From NCBI GenBank assembly GCA_051294375.1, contig CM119271.1, positions 15,940,770 to 16,004,769 of the forward strand: a stretch of 64,000 nt of DNA, written 5' to 3'. Positions 1-11,541 of this stretch are shown one piece after another. Below the pieces are notes generated by a model. The model did no database searches. It had not been told where the DNA came from and was given only the letters and a program-made list of their open reading frames with translations. How positions within the stretch are numbered: position 1 is the first letter of the stretch; each line of letters opens with the position of its first letter. This DNA comes from Paraspadella gotoi. Its lineage: Eukaryota > Animalia > Chaetognatha. The translations under genes and the position numbers were made by a program.

Positions 1-610
1 CCGGTCAAATCGTAATTGTTGATCCCAATCGCGCGCTCCGAATTTTACAAACTGATTGAGGCGAAGACGATGAACAAATTCTGCATCTTCGACCCGAGCA
101 TCCTTTGTCTTTTTCGCATCTTTTGCGATGATTTCGAGCGCGTCCTCCGCAGTCACGTCAAAATAAGAGTCGCGCATTATGATAAATGAAGCCAACTACA
201 TAAAGGAGTACTTACTTTATTTAAATAGTTACATCAAAAAGGCAATATGTACAATATATATTATGTATATTTTACAAACCTTTTTCTTGTAGGAATCTCG
301 TTCAGCCTTGGACTTGTCGCAAAGAAATGAGAGATCTTCGCGTAAAGCAAGGATTCGCTTCTTGGACCAGTGGCAATGCATTGAAGAGGAATTGCGGGCA
401 TCTCCAAGTTTCCATAATTCTGTCGCTCAAAAGCGACAGTATAAGCCGCACTTTTCCTTATTTTGATTGTTTGTCGATTGACTCAGAAATACATGAAAGA
501 AGCGCTGAAGAATATCTCTGCCTTTTGGAGGTTCACACGGCGGAGTCTGAAAAATGATCCAGCCTCTTTGTAATATCAAACTCTGGATATAACGGCAGAC
601 GGGTTTGCAT
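1..610 (-). pseudogene. Frameshifted N-terminal part of a DDE DNA transposase (hATm-like), running off the window start
   Basis: Minus-strand pieces in shifting frames read PPKGRDILQRFFH, SAAYTVAFE, HWSKKRILALREDL, then a GT..AG intron at about 279-196, then LASFIIMRDSYFDVTAEDALEIIAKD..EDAEFVHRLR..FGARD. This resembles the LP..R.VL.RFF / LFDIA..DAL..I..ED..F N-terminus of invertebrate DNA transposases. Family assignment is from memory. Confidence 0.45.
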
Positions 611-2432
611 TGTCTTATTTATAGGAAAAAAAACCTTAAAAAAGAATCAAATCATTGAATATATATATTTAAATTAACAAAATTGCAATATTATCTAGCT
701 TTCTTTAGTTTTTTTTTGGCAAAACTTTTCCTAAGTTGAAATTTTTATCGAAATAAAACTGTTTTTTGAGAGTCACTTCCGGTCTGTAGAATTTTTTTCC
801 GGATTAAAGATACTTTATAAATTTTTTTACTTGAATAAATTTAATAAATCATAAAATATCATTGAAAAATTATTTAAAATTGGCTATTATCACAAGAAAA
901 TCAAGAAATTGTCAAAAATCGATAAATTTGACGCTCGTGGCACTTTGACGCCCCTGGGAGAGGCGAGATGTTTTGAAAAAGTCTTTGCAAGGTTTTTTTC
1001 TTAAAGAACGTGTAAATACGAACAGAATGACACCTTTTTTGGAGACTCTAGACACATTTTCTGCGGAAAAAAATGTGTCTATTATTTACTTTAACTGAAA
1101 ATTATAAGCAATTTTATAGAATAAAAAAAATTTAATAGTAATCAATTAAAGCAAAAAACTGTGTAAAAATTTATGGATTTAATTTAATAAAACTCTTTTA
1201 AAAAGGTGTCCCATGATTAGGGCTTTAATATGATACCACAGCCACCTTGCTTCCTACCTCTTTTCTTTCAAAAGTTATTTAAAAAAATAACTTTTTTTAA
1301 ACTATGCAGTACAAATCTTTATTAAATAAAAATTTCGGCAAAGCGGGAGTATCTCACTTATTTCTATTGGTACAATACTTAAATTACAAAATAAAACTTG
1401 AAAAAAATTTTTTCGTCATTTAGAGACATCACTTACGGATGTACTCATCGTATAACAATTGATTTATTTATTTCCCCAAAAAAGCCTAATTAGAAAAGTT
1501 GAAATATTTTCAAATTGTTGAAAAAAAAGTTCGTCCGACCTATGCTCATTGAGAATAATGGTTTTGCATAGAAAATCAAAATATAAAAAAAATTTAAAAA
1601 TCAGCCTCTAGAAAAATTGAAAGGCTAGAGGCTGATTTTTTTAGAATTGCAAAATTGTTTTCCTAACTCAAAATCCATTATTCTCAAGTTTCAAAATATT
1701 TTTTTTCAAAATCATTCTATCAATTTTTTTTATTAATTTAAAATGTTTTTATGATATTGTTTTTGTTTGAAAGAATTGAAAAAAAGGGAAAAATATAGTA
1801 ATTATATAAGGTTTTTGAAAATACCTTTAAAATATTAGATAATTAGACACAAGGGGAGTAAGCAGGGAAAACTTCCCATTCATAAAAAAAAATGAAAATG
1901 AATTTGTCATATTGTTATTTAGATTAATTGACTAATTATAAGCTAATGATTTATATAAATTTAGGAAATGATGGGTAAAAAATATTCATTTTGGTCTCGG
2001 TTAACTATTAAGTTATCGTTAAAGTTTTATTTTAATAATATTAATATTCTTTTTGCAATGGTCTAAAATTTTGTAAGCGTTTCGAGCTATATTGCTTTTT
2101 TTTTCTATTTTTGATCTAGTTAGCTTTTTTGTTGATGGTCAAGGGTTTTGGTCAGATACAGTAATGTCCAGTAGTGTATATCGCACATATTACCAAAAGT
2201 AACAATCAATTAATTTGGCCCAGAAACAATTTTAAAGGGACAAAATCAGCACAAGACCGTTTCGCCACGTTATTTTTCATTGTGTCTTATATTATATCAC
2301 TTTTATGATTTACTAAGTATTTTCTTGAGTTCTAATTTCAGAAGTCATAAATACAATTTTTGTACTAATTTATTTGAAAAAAAATTCATTCTATTGTATA
2401 ACAAAGAATAATTTTCTTAAGTTAACCGGACA

Positions 2433-3084
2433 ATGGATGCAAACGTAGAAGAAGCTATCAAAAAAGCAAACAAACCACCCATGAGTGAGGTTTTACAAGT
2501 GACTCAGACGAGAGTCCAAAGCATCATCTTAATAATCTTGAGTGTCATTGTTGCTGTGACCCAAATCGTAATTATCGTCCTTGATCCTGATAATTACTTC
2601 CAAAAGCGGTATATCGACAATGCTGCAGAAAGATTTTTCGGTATCTGGACCGGCATGATTGTCTTCATCACTGGGATAATAGGCTGCTGCGCCGTCGTTT
2701 GTAAAAATAAAGCAATCGTGAGCTTTTCATAAAATACTGAAGAACGAACTAGTAATAACTACAACAAATTTAATTTTGTTTGAATTATTACAGGTTATTG
2801 TATATTTGTTTTTTATTTGTTCTTCTCTGGTCTTCACTATATTTATAATAGGATTAATGGCTTCACTGTTGGACAATCGTAACACTGTCTACTGTCATCC
2901 TATCTGTGTTTCAAATTACTCAGCTTTGATTGCCCTGATTTGCGTTATGCTTGTCACGAGCTTGTTTCTGTTTGCGATCTTACTATGGGGTATTATCACC
3001 ACGTCCGTAGCAATTTACAAGACCTGTGACTGTTGTCAGCAACCAACTAAAATTGTCGTTTATGGGAATCCACCTCCGCAATAA
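2433..3084 (+). CDS. Four-transmembrane MS4A/CD20-like membrane protein, ~191 aa, 2 exons (2433-2717, 2794-3084)
   Basis: A phase-0 GTGAGC..CAG intron (2718-2793) joins the two ORFs in frame. Four hydrophobic segments, a GIWTG..FITG motif typical of CD20/MS4A-like proteins, and a juxtamembrane Cys cluster (TCDCC). Confidence 0.7.
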
Positions 3085-3244
3085 GAATAATCTGGACCTT
3101 CAAACAAAAAATTAAAAGTTTAAATGGCACGATTTTACTCTGGCCGACTGGAACATACCCCAGTCGATTATTTTTTTACTCACATACGTTTAGAGACAAA
3201 ATTTGAAGTTAGTGGCAACATTGATTTATTTTCAAATGAAAACG

Positions 3245-3365
3245 TACATGTTTTGGCTTATGTACATTGTACAAGCCTTCATCAGTGTCAATTTAGTATT
3301 TGAAATGTTTGACAGATTTTGTGCCAAAAGGAGGGAGAGAGGGTGGGCAAAGTTTCCAACACTGA
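3245..3365 (-). mobile_element. Penelope-like pLTR fragment with a degenerate hammerhead motif
   Basis: Minus strand reads CTGATGAAGGCTTGTAC..AAGCCAAAACATGTA (GAAA decayed to AAAA). It shares the upstream GTTGGAAAC block with the copies at ~10.0 and ~28 kb. Confidence 0.55.
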
Positions 3366-3516
3366 GTTGAGAAAGAATAGTGGTATAATTTATTATATAT
3401 TTTAAATATATATTTTTAAATATATATGTTATTGCGAAAATTCTTTCTTTTTATTGTGTTTAGAAATAAATGAGATTAAAGACGAAGTCTTTTTACTTAA
3501 ATGACAAATAAAATAT

Positions 3517-3830
3517 CAAGTTTGAGCAAACAACGTCGAATCTGCCCACAATCATTAGCGGTAATTAATTAATAGTAATTAATAGTAATTAATTACTAAT
3601 CAATTAATTAATACATTAATTAATTAATCCATTCTCTGAGTTGCTATATAAACTAAAATAATTATTTAATTAATAAATTAATTAATTTGATCCGAAATGT
3701 TTGTTTTTAGGTCTTTTAGTCACTGACCATGACAAAACAACGACGATGATGACGACGACGACAATAATACCGATAATTATTAACTTCATTGATTAATTAA
3801 TTATTGATTAATTATTTGATTAATTAATAC
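3517..3830 (-). mobile_element. 3' fragment of DINE-1/HINE-like Helentron element
   Basis: CAAGTTTGAGCAAACAACGTCGAATCTGCC is the reverse complement of the family 3' end (subTIR plus terminal hairpin). Confidence 0.65.
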
Positions 3831-6287
3831 TAGATCTCCCAGAAATATCAAACATTTTTGAAAGTTCTTGATTCTTGCAAAGTTTTTCATTCCAAATTAG
3901 GTGGAGAAAACGAATATCACCATTAAAATTTTTTTCGAATGCTTTTTATGGACTTTCCGCGCCACTTTTGGCGCAAACCACTTCCGGTTGAAAAAAGATA
4001 CGGATTTTTAAAAAAAGCAAGTAGTTATTCAGCCAGCACACTTAGTAATTATTCAAAATACAGTTACTTATAATCCTAATACCTAATTATTTGGTTTTGC
4101 TTCAAAAATTACATTTTGAATGTCAAAGACAAAGAATAACAATTAGAAAAGGCTTTATATTATAAAATGCTCTGTTTTGACAAAATTAGGGGTAAAATTT
4201 TATTTTTGCCGACCAAGGTTTGGCGTTTTGAAAAACTTGCCTTTAAACCTTCACAGTTTATATTATGTCATTCGCTTTTTATTTTGAAAACCCTCGTAAC
4301 AAAGAATTAGGTCGAATTAATTTAATTAATTTTATATTAACTACTTGAAGTATCAATAACAAAGGCAAAAGAGGTTCTACGTTTCAAAAACGTATTACAA
4401 ATATTAGACACATTTGAATCCGACAATATTTTAAATAAACAACCAGTCTCGGTGTCATTCTGTTCGTTTTTCCAAGCTCTTTTTAACTAAAAAAGTTTTA
4501 TTTAAAAAAAAAACTTTTTCGCCCGAGCCAGGGGTGTTAAAGAGCCAAAATATGAAATTTCACCTTTATTAGTATTTTTTAGCTTTTTTCAGTAAATTTT
4601 TTAATATAATTATCATTAATCCAGTTAATTACTAATGATACTGCTTTTAATTTATCATATTTAACTATTTTTAAAACATTCATTCAAAAAAAATATTAGT
4701 TTAGGGCTTAAGCCAGGGGTATTAAAGAGCTAAAATTTCTAAATTGTCTTTTTTAGTATTTTCAAATGATAATTTACTATTTTTTTAAGGATTACATATT
4801 TTAATCATGATCATAAAAATATTTGATAATTTTAAATGGTTTTCAAGTTAATTAATATAGTTAATTGATTTTTTAATAATTAAAAGCATTACAAACTATT
4901 GTGACCTATTTCTAAAAAGTTTTTTTTAAAGATTCATCTTTAAAACAAAGCAATTCATAAAATTTTTTAATCATATAATGAAATTGTTACAACAAAGATA
5001 TAATTATTCAAATGATATCCACTATCCAGATTTTATGCGATATCGCATAGAAAATAATAATTTTGTTAATGAACTGAAACTAATGTTCTAGTTATAGCAA
5101 TTTTACCAAAATTAGGTTAAGGGTTAGTGTTTAGTTTTAACATTTGAGGTAGTTGTAATTCAGGTTGAATAAGTAAAAGTTAGCATCAGAGACGTGGACG
5201 CGATCCGGAAAGCGTAAGCGAACACTGTGGAAGCGGCCGATTTTTGAAGAACCCGAAACCGGGAGCGATAGAAAAATTGAGCATAAAGGATTGAACCCGG
5301 AACCTATAATAACCCTGCGTGTTCGCTTCCTGGTCATTTGTTTTTATTGTTTCGAAATGAAAGGTATTTAATGTATTAAAATCTTTGCAACCCCCTGCTC
5401 CTTCTTGATTTCAACATTTAAAATTGTTTTCTCTTAATATTTTTATTCACTTTTTCTTATTTTCTTCTTTTATTTTTTGGTTTTCTTTTGTTCTCTCTTT
5501 CTCTTTGGTTGAGAATCTATGAAAAAAATTACTAATAGAAGAAGTTTGAAATGCTTCAACAACAATTTTTAGTCGGATCTGCTTATCAGCAGATCCCGAC
5601 TCTATAACTTACTTTGTCGGTCCGTCGGTCCGCCCCCTCAATATTGTCGGGCACACACTTATATCATGTCAGAACATCGAATTATGATAAATTATGCAAA
5701 AAAAAAGATGTCCGTCCGTCTGTCCGTCTGTCTGTCTGTCTGTCTGTTCCGTCGTCCCACCTTAGCAAAAAACTCCAATTACTCGTGATTGATGGATGAT
5801 TGGTATGAAATTTTGTGTGTGGGTAGGAAACTGTGTGATTGAGATGGATATGAAGTTTCGAGGGAATCGTGCGAGTGGAAATTGGTTTAAATGGAAAAAA
5901 CAAAAATATATTTCACTATTTGAACTCAATTGCTCATGAGTGGATTGGCAATTGACTTGAAATTTTGTATGATGGTAGGAAGTGTGTGGATTGAGCTGGA
6001 TATAAAGTTTCGATGGAATCGTGCAAGTGGAAATGAGTTAAAATGGAAAAAACAAAAGTCATATTTACTTGAAAGTTTTAAATTTACTCATAATATTATG
6101 TTTATTAAAAATTGGATAGATAATCGAAATGGAATTTTGTGTGTGGGTAGGAAAGTATGTGATAAAGCTGGATATAAATTTTTTGATGGAATCGTAGGAG
6201 TGGAAAAGAGTTCAAATTAGAAAACCAAAAGACACATTTATTGTAATTTTTTAAAGTTTCTCTCTCTCTCTCTTGATTGATTGATTG

Positions 6288-6650
6288 ATTGACCAAATTA
6301 TGCCAATTGACAAAATATGCCAGTGACAATTCTTAAAGTTGAACCAAATTCTTAAAGTTGACCAAATTTTGACCAAATTATGCCAGTTGACCAATTCTGC
6401 CAAGTTGATCAAGTTCTGCAAGTGACCAATTATTTGCCTGTTGACCAAATTATGCCTGGTTGACCAATCATGCCAGTTGACCAAATTATGCCGTGTTGAC
6501 CAAATTATCTTAATTGATCAAATTATGTCAGTTGACCAAATGTATTCAGTAGACCAAATTATGTCAGTTAGACCAAATTATGTCATTGACCAAATTATGT
6601 CAGTTGACCAATTATGCAAGTTGATTAAATTATGCAAGTTAACAAGTTAG
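6288..6650 (+). repeat. ~19-20-bp minisatellite (GTTGACCAAATTATGCCA-like) inside the Helentron-like element
   Basis: Head-to-tail units are directly visible; a shorter version occurs at ~23190-23255. Confidence 0.85.
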
Positions 6651-7367
6651 CTTATTACCACTTAATTATGTGAGTAGAAGAAAAATGTGTGATTGAACAG
6701 GAAACCAAGTTTCGATGGAATCTTTTGAGTGGAAATGATTTAAAATGGAAAAAAACAAAAAACCTGTTTCACTAATTGATTATGATTCTTTTCTCTTTAT
6801 ATTAAATGTATATGCAGGATGTATTAATAAATCAAATATTAATCAGTTAATTAATCAATTAGTTAATTAATCTAATTATTAATCAGTCATCAACCGTCCA
6901 TCGTCGTATGCTGTAGCATAGAACTCAGTAACTGTGATTTGTGGATTGAAAAAATTTTGTGTGTGGGTAGGAAAGTGATATATATAAGTTTCGACGGAAT
7001 CGTGTGAGTTTAAGAGGAAAAAACATAAGTCGCATTTACTAAAATATTTTTAATTATTTTAACCAATAAGTACTCTAATTAATATAATTGGATAGATTGA
7101 GTTCAAATTTTTTGTGTGGTAGAAAAATGTGTAAGATGCGTGATATAAAGTTTCGGTGGAAACGTACGAGTGGAAATGAGTTTAAATGAAAAAAATATGA
7201 TCACATTTACTTGAATCTTTTTACTTATTTTAACCCATAATAGATTGAGATGAAATTTTGTGAGGGTAGTGAATTATGTTTGAGGAAAGATATGATAGTT
7301 TGAGAATTGTTTTATAATGAGTTAAGTGGAAAAATAATGTTAATTTACTTGAATCTTTATTATTTAT

Positions 7368-7401
<34 letters not shown>

Positions 7402-7624
7402 AAGAGAGCAGAAAAATGAAGCATATGGATCGTCGCAATTGCAAAGAGAGAGAGAGAGAGCAGAAAATGAGCATAATCTTTTAAAGAGTCCCGAATATAA
7501 AAATTAGCGAATAAAAAAGTTATTTTACTCACTGAATAAAAATAATTAAAATACTTAAGAAATACATAAAATTTGATAAAATTATTATTCCCGATAACAT
7601 TTTTAATCACATGCATATATCTAG

Positions 7625-8199
7625 TAAGGCGTAAGTGAAAGTTGCATACGAAAACTCTTCAATTATGAACAACATAGCCATCAGTGAACATTAATTTGTA
7701 AAAAATTAATTTTAGTTTTTTTAATTTTCGCAGTAGCTATATTAATATATGATTACTATCCTTATAAAATCGAAAAATTCATATTATTTTTCTTAATTTT
7801 TGATTGCAGATTTGAATTCCTCGTCAAAAGTTGATAAAGAAAATATAAATTATTTTAAAAATTAAGTGGTTAAAAATTAAAAAAACTATATTTAATATAT
7901 ATTATTAAAATTAATTAGCTATATTGCTTTTTATAATTTTTGACCCACTTAAGGAATTCAAAAAGAGTTAATTTTTATCAACTTTTTATGACGAATCCAA
8001 ATCTGCAAAAATCTTATAAAATAGATTTTTGAAATTTTAACATATTTTTATTGTATATTACTTTAATATGGCCTACTGCGTAAATTGTAAAATTTATTCT
8101 AAATTTTTTTATTACATAAATGTTCATTAGTATAATGTTGTTCGTTCCTCACTTTTAGAATTTTATTAAAGTTAAATTGAGGAAATTTTACTACCCTTA
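7625..8199. mobile_element. hAT-type MITE (family A) with internal inverted repeats
   Basis: Ends TAAGGCGTA..TACCCTTA. 8-bp direct repeat ATATCTAG at 7617-7624 and 8200-8207. Reverse-complement homolog at 42150-42593. Confidence 0.8.
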
Positions 8200-8207
8200 A
8201 TATCTAG

Positions 8208-8721
8208 TAAGGCGGGCCAAAATTGAACACTTTTTATAACTTCTAGTTCTCTCAAAAAAATTCTTTTTTCTTTTTTACTTATCTATATCAATTTATTTTA
8301 TGTAACTTTTGAATTAGTTCATTGGGTTGTTGCACTGAAAGCTTTAAATATTTATTAATATATAACAAATGACAAAAAAATTTTAAAATTTGATTTTTTT
8401 AAGAACGGGTTCTTGTAGAGCTTAAAAAGTTAAATGAAAGTTAGTACTATAATTTTTTCAAATTTTTGACAATAAATTAGTTAAAAAAAAAAAAACCTTA
8501 AAAAATTATCATCATCATCATATTTTTTTTTTAATTTTTCATTAATAAAAAAAAAAAAGTTGTATTAATAACCTTTATCTAACTTTTAAAGCTCTATCAG
8601 AATCTATAAAAAAAATTGATAAGCAAAATTTTAAAAATTATTTTCATTTTCATTTTATTTAATAGTCGCTTAACCATTAACCATTTGAGAGAACTTTTAG
8701 TTTTCAACCTGTTCCGGCCTA
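8208..8721. mobile_element. hAT-type MITE (family B)
   Basis: Ends TAAGGCGG..CCGGCCTA, flanked by ATATCTAG at 8200-8207 and 8722-8729. Confidence 0.75.
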
Positions 8722-8729
8722 ATATCTAG

Positions 8730-8885
8730 TAAGGCGGGCCAAAATTGAACACTTTTTATAACTCCTAGTTCTCTTTAAAATTTTTTTTTTTCCTTTTACT
8801 AATAAATCGATTTTCAATGTAACTTTTTGATTTAGTTCATTGGGTTGTTGCACTGAAGCTTTTAAATATTTATTAATATATAATA
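8730..8885. mobile_element. Truncated second copy of MITE family B
   Basis: Near-identical to 8208-~8365 (TAAGGCGGGCCAAAATTGAACAC...). Confidence 0.75.
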
Positions 8886-9789
8886 ATTATATAAAGTTTT
8901 GACGGAATTGTTCCAGTGGAAATGAGTTTAGATGGAAAAAACATAAGTCACATTTACTTGAATCTTTAATATTAATGATTACTAATAAATGTTTTAATTA
9001 ATTAATTAGTTAATTAATTAATTAATGTGAAAAAATGATGCAAGTTAAAAAAATCTTAAAAGAATAAAGATCGTCGCAATTGCATAAAAAGAGAGAGAGA
9101 GAGAGAGAGAGAGTGAGAGAGACAAGGAGACATAAAATAAAATAAAGGATATTTGTTTGTTTTGATAAAATATAAACAAAACATATTTAATAACTGTCCT
9201 AACCCAATTTTAAGGACATCGATGATGATAAGTTTAATATAAATTTAAAATTAATTATTAGAGTTCCCCAGCCTCAAAAAACCCTATACTAAGTTCTCAC
9301 TCGGTCCGGTTTCCCATTATTTCTTATCTTAAATTCGTTTTAAAAGTCTGTTTGAGCAAAAAATGTTTTTGCTAATAAACCCAATAGAGCGTCAAAGTGA
9401 TCAAATACTGATGCAAAAAAAATATAGCGCAAAATAATAATAATAATTTTTAAAGAAAGAGGTTTAATATGCTATAACATAAGGATTTTTCGACAATATT
9501 AGTTAAAAAACACCAGAAGCTTCTTCTCCTATTTCTGTTTTATTAAATTTTAAAAATATCTTGTTATGATAGGGCGTGGCCTTAACCGGAAGTAAGGTTT
9601 TCAGCCTATAAGTGTTTTATTGTTCCTATTTTAATGAAATTAATTTTTAATACATCAAAAAGTTAGATTTTTATTATATTTTATTATTCTGATAATCTAA
9701 CAAATTATTGTTATAATTATTATTATTGTTTTTGTTTGCTGCTTCAGGAGCCGCAGCAAGGATGGGGGCATCGATGGAAAAAAGTGCCA

Positions 9790-10070
9790 CAAGCCGAAAC
9801 ATGTCCGTATTTGAACAAATAAAAATTTGTTGCACAATTCAATAAAACTTTGATTTTGTCTTAACTCATCAATAATGAAAAAAAGGATTATCACATCATG
9901 TTTACAAACAAAATTTTTTGGTTTCAAATACCAGACATGTTTCGGATCTATGGTTGTGAGTCTTCATCAGCCAAAACTAAAATTATATTTTTGCCAAACA
10001 TTTGATGAGAAAAACAGATAGAGAGAGAGAGAGAGAAAGAGAGAGATAAAGGTTTCCAACAAAGAACTGA
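9790..10070. mobile_element. Inverted pair of Penelope-like pLTR fragments with hammerhead motifs
   Basis: The + copy reads AAGCCGAAACATGTC with a tail ending AAAAAAGGAT (~9888). The - copy at 9934-9970 reads CTGATGAAGACTC..ATCCGAAACATGTC and continues into the GTTGGAAAC/(CT)n block. Confidence 0.65.
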
Positions 10071-11123
10071 GAATGGAGAGTGGATGGGGGGTAAGAAGAG
10101 ATGAGACAGAGTTAAGGGAAGCAAAATAAGGTCAACCCTACAGAAGCAACTTAGTTCGTCTCTCTACGAACGGGCGTCCCTCAAAAAGAATGTTTGTTTC
10201 TTTTGTAACTCCTGTTACAAAAGAAGCAATAACGGATGAGTGCCCACCTTACTGTCAGGTGAGAAGAGGGCTCTCTGCAGGTGTAGCGGGCTCAATGGAC
10301 ATTTGTGTAGTATTTTCCCCAAAGGATTTATCCCTGATCCAAACAGCATCAACTCGATATTACTGTCCGGGAGTTACCTCCAACTTCGAATAGTTTCAGG
10401 ACCGTTTATATTTTTAACCAATATTTTGTTTTATTTGTGCTTGTTTATAAACAAATCAAATGCTTTTACTCCCTTGTTGCCCATTTTAAACTATAATAAA
10501 CAATTTTTTAATACTTCTTTGTCGCCATTTTTAAAAATCAGTCAGAAAGTGAGGCAACTCAAACTATTCACAATTTCATAATCTCTTTCTCTCTCTCTCT
10601 CTCTCTTGCAACCACAGAGTTGAAACATGTCTATTGAGGATTTTACTGTAACGCCGTGAGCAAGCTAGTAAATTTTCACTTGCTATTTATTTCTAAAAAT
10701 TTGAATAATATAAATTTAGTAATATTTATTGTAGTAGACATAACATGGGCGTGAGACATAAATCATGTAGCAAGTCGAAAGGATACTATTTCTCAACATA
10801 AAAAATAAAAACTTATTAAAAAATAGTCAACTTTAAACTTAATCATAAAATTGCAAATATAACATTTTAAATGCTTACCGACTGTCACGAATCATTGGTA
10901 AGTTATCCTCACAGTTTTAGGTAAGAACGTCTCTTTTATACCTTTGGGTAAGGAACAGTCATAAAGACTGACCAATAAGACAGCGACGTTAAAAATACTT
11001 GATCAATCAGGTATTTCGTAGCGACAAAAATACGAATTCAATAATAAAAAGGGGCGTTAAACAACCGAGAGTCTATCTCGTAATAAATCAAAATTTAACC
11101 ATGTCCGTCTTTTCATAATTTTG

Positions 11124-11447
11124 GCGAGCCTTAAGATCAACTTCAGTTCGTTTTGAAACCTGTAATGGTGTTGCCCGTTCTCAACCTGAGTTTTACGGGT
11201 TTTTCTGGATAATTGACATTAAATAAAACTTTGAAATCTTCATGGCTACTTTTCATTCACGAAATTCCTTGAGATTCATCTAAATATTCAGACAAAACCT
11301 ATGTTAAGCTTGCAAGGAACGGACGACGCTACAAACGCATGTTTCCATGGGCGTGAAGAGGAAAATATCTTCACAGTAAAACTCAGGTTGAGAAAGGGCA
11401 ACACATTACAGGTTTCAAAACGAACTGAAGTTGATCTTAAGGCTCGC
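11124..11447. mobile_element. MITE-like element with ~70-bp inverted repeats
   Basis: GCGAGCCTTAAGATCAACTTCAGTTCGTTTTGAAACCTGTAATG.. at the left is mirrored by ..CATTACAGGTTTCAAAACGAACTGAAGTTGATCTTAAGGCTCGC at the right. No clear TSD. Confidence 0.75.
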
Positions 11448-11541
11448 TTTAAACAAATTGAATGTACTCAATAATTGCTTATGAATCAAAATTGGAATCT
11501 AGTATTCTTATATCTTAAAATTTGAATAAAGAATTGTTTTT

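Larger units (their letters stand above)
5571..9260 (+). mobile_element. DINE-1/HINE-like non-autonomous Helentron, interrupted by stacked MITEs; 3' end not seen
   Basis: TTTTT-AGTCGGATCTGC..GCAGATCCCGACT head, (GTCY)n microsatellite at ~5710-5755, repeated internal ~120-180-bp blocks and a ~19-bp minisatellite. Family sequence resumes at ~8890. Confidence 0.75.

Noticed and set aside
5614-6220. Recurrent short ORFs such as [14 protein letters not shown].. (also 16705-16920 and 26690-26971)
   Set aside because: They are translations of the Helentron-like repeat core and microsatellite, with non-ATG starts and no protein motif.
6288-6650. CRISPR-like array
   Set aside because: Units are head-to-tail with no unique spacers, in a eukaryotic context with no cas genes.
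10100-10400. Possible GIY-YIG/RT coding remnant next to the pLTR fragment
   Set aside because: The frames I translated contain several stops and no recognisable motif.
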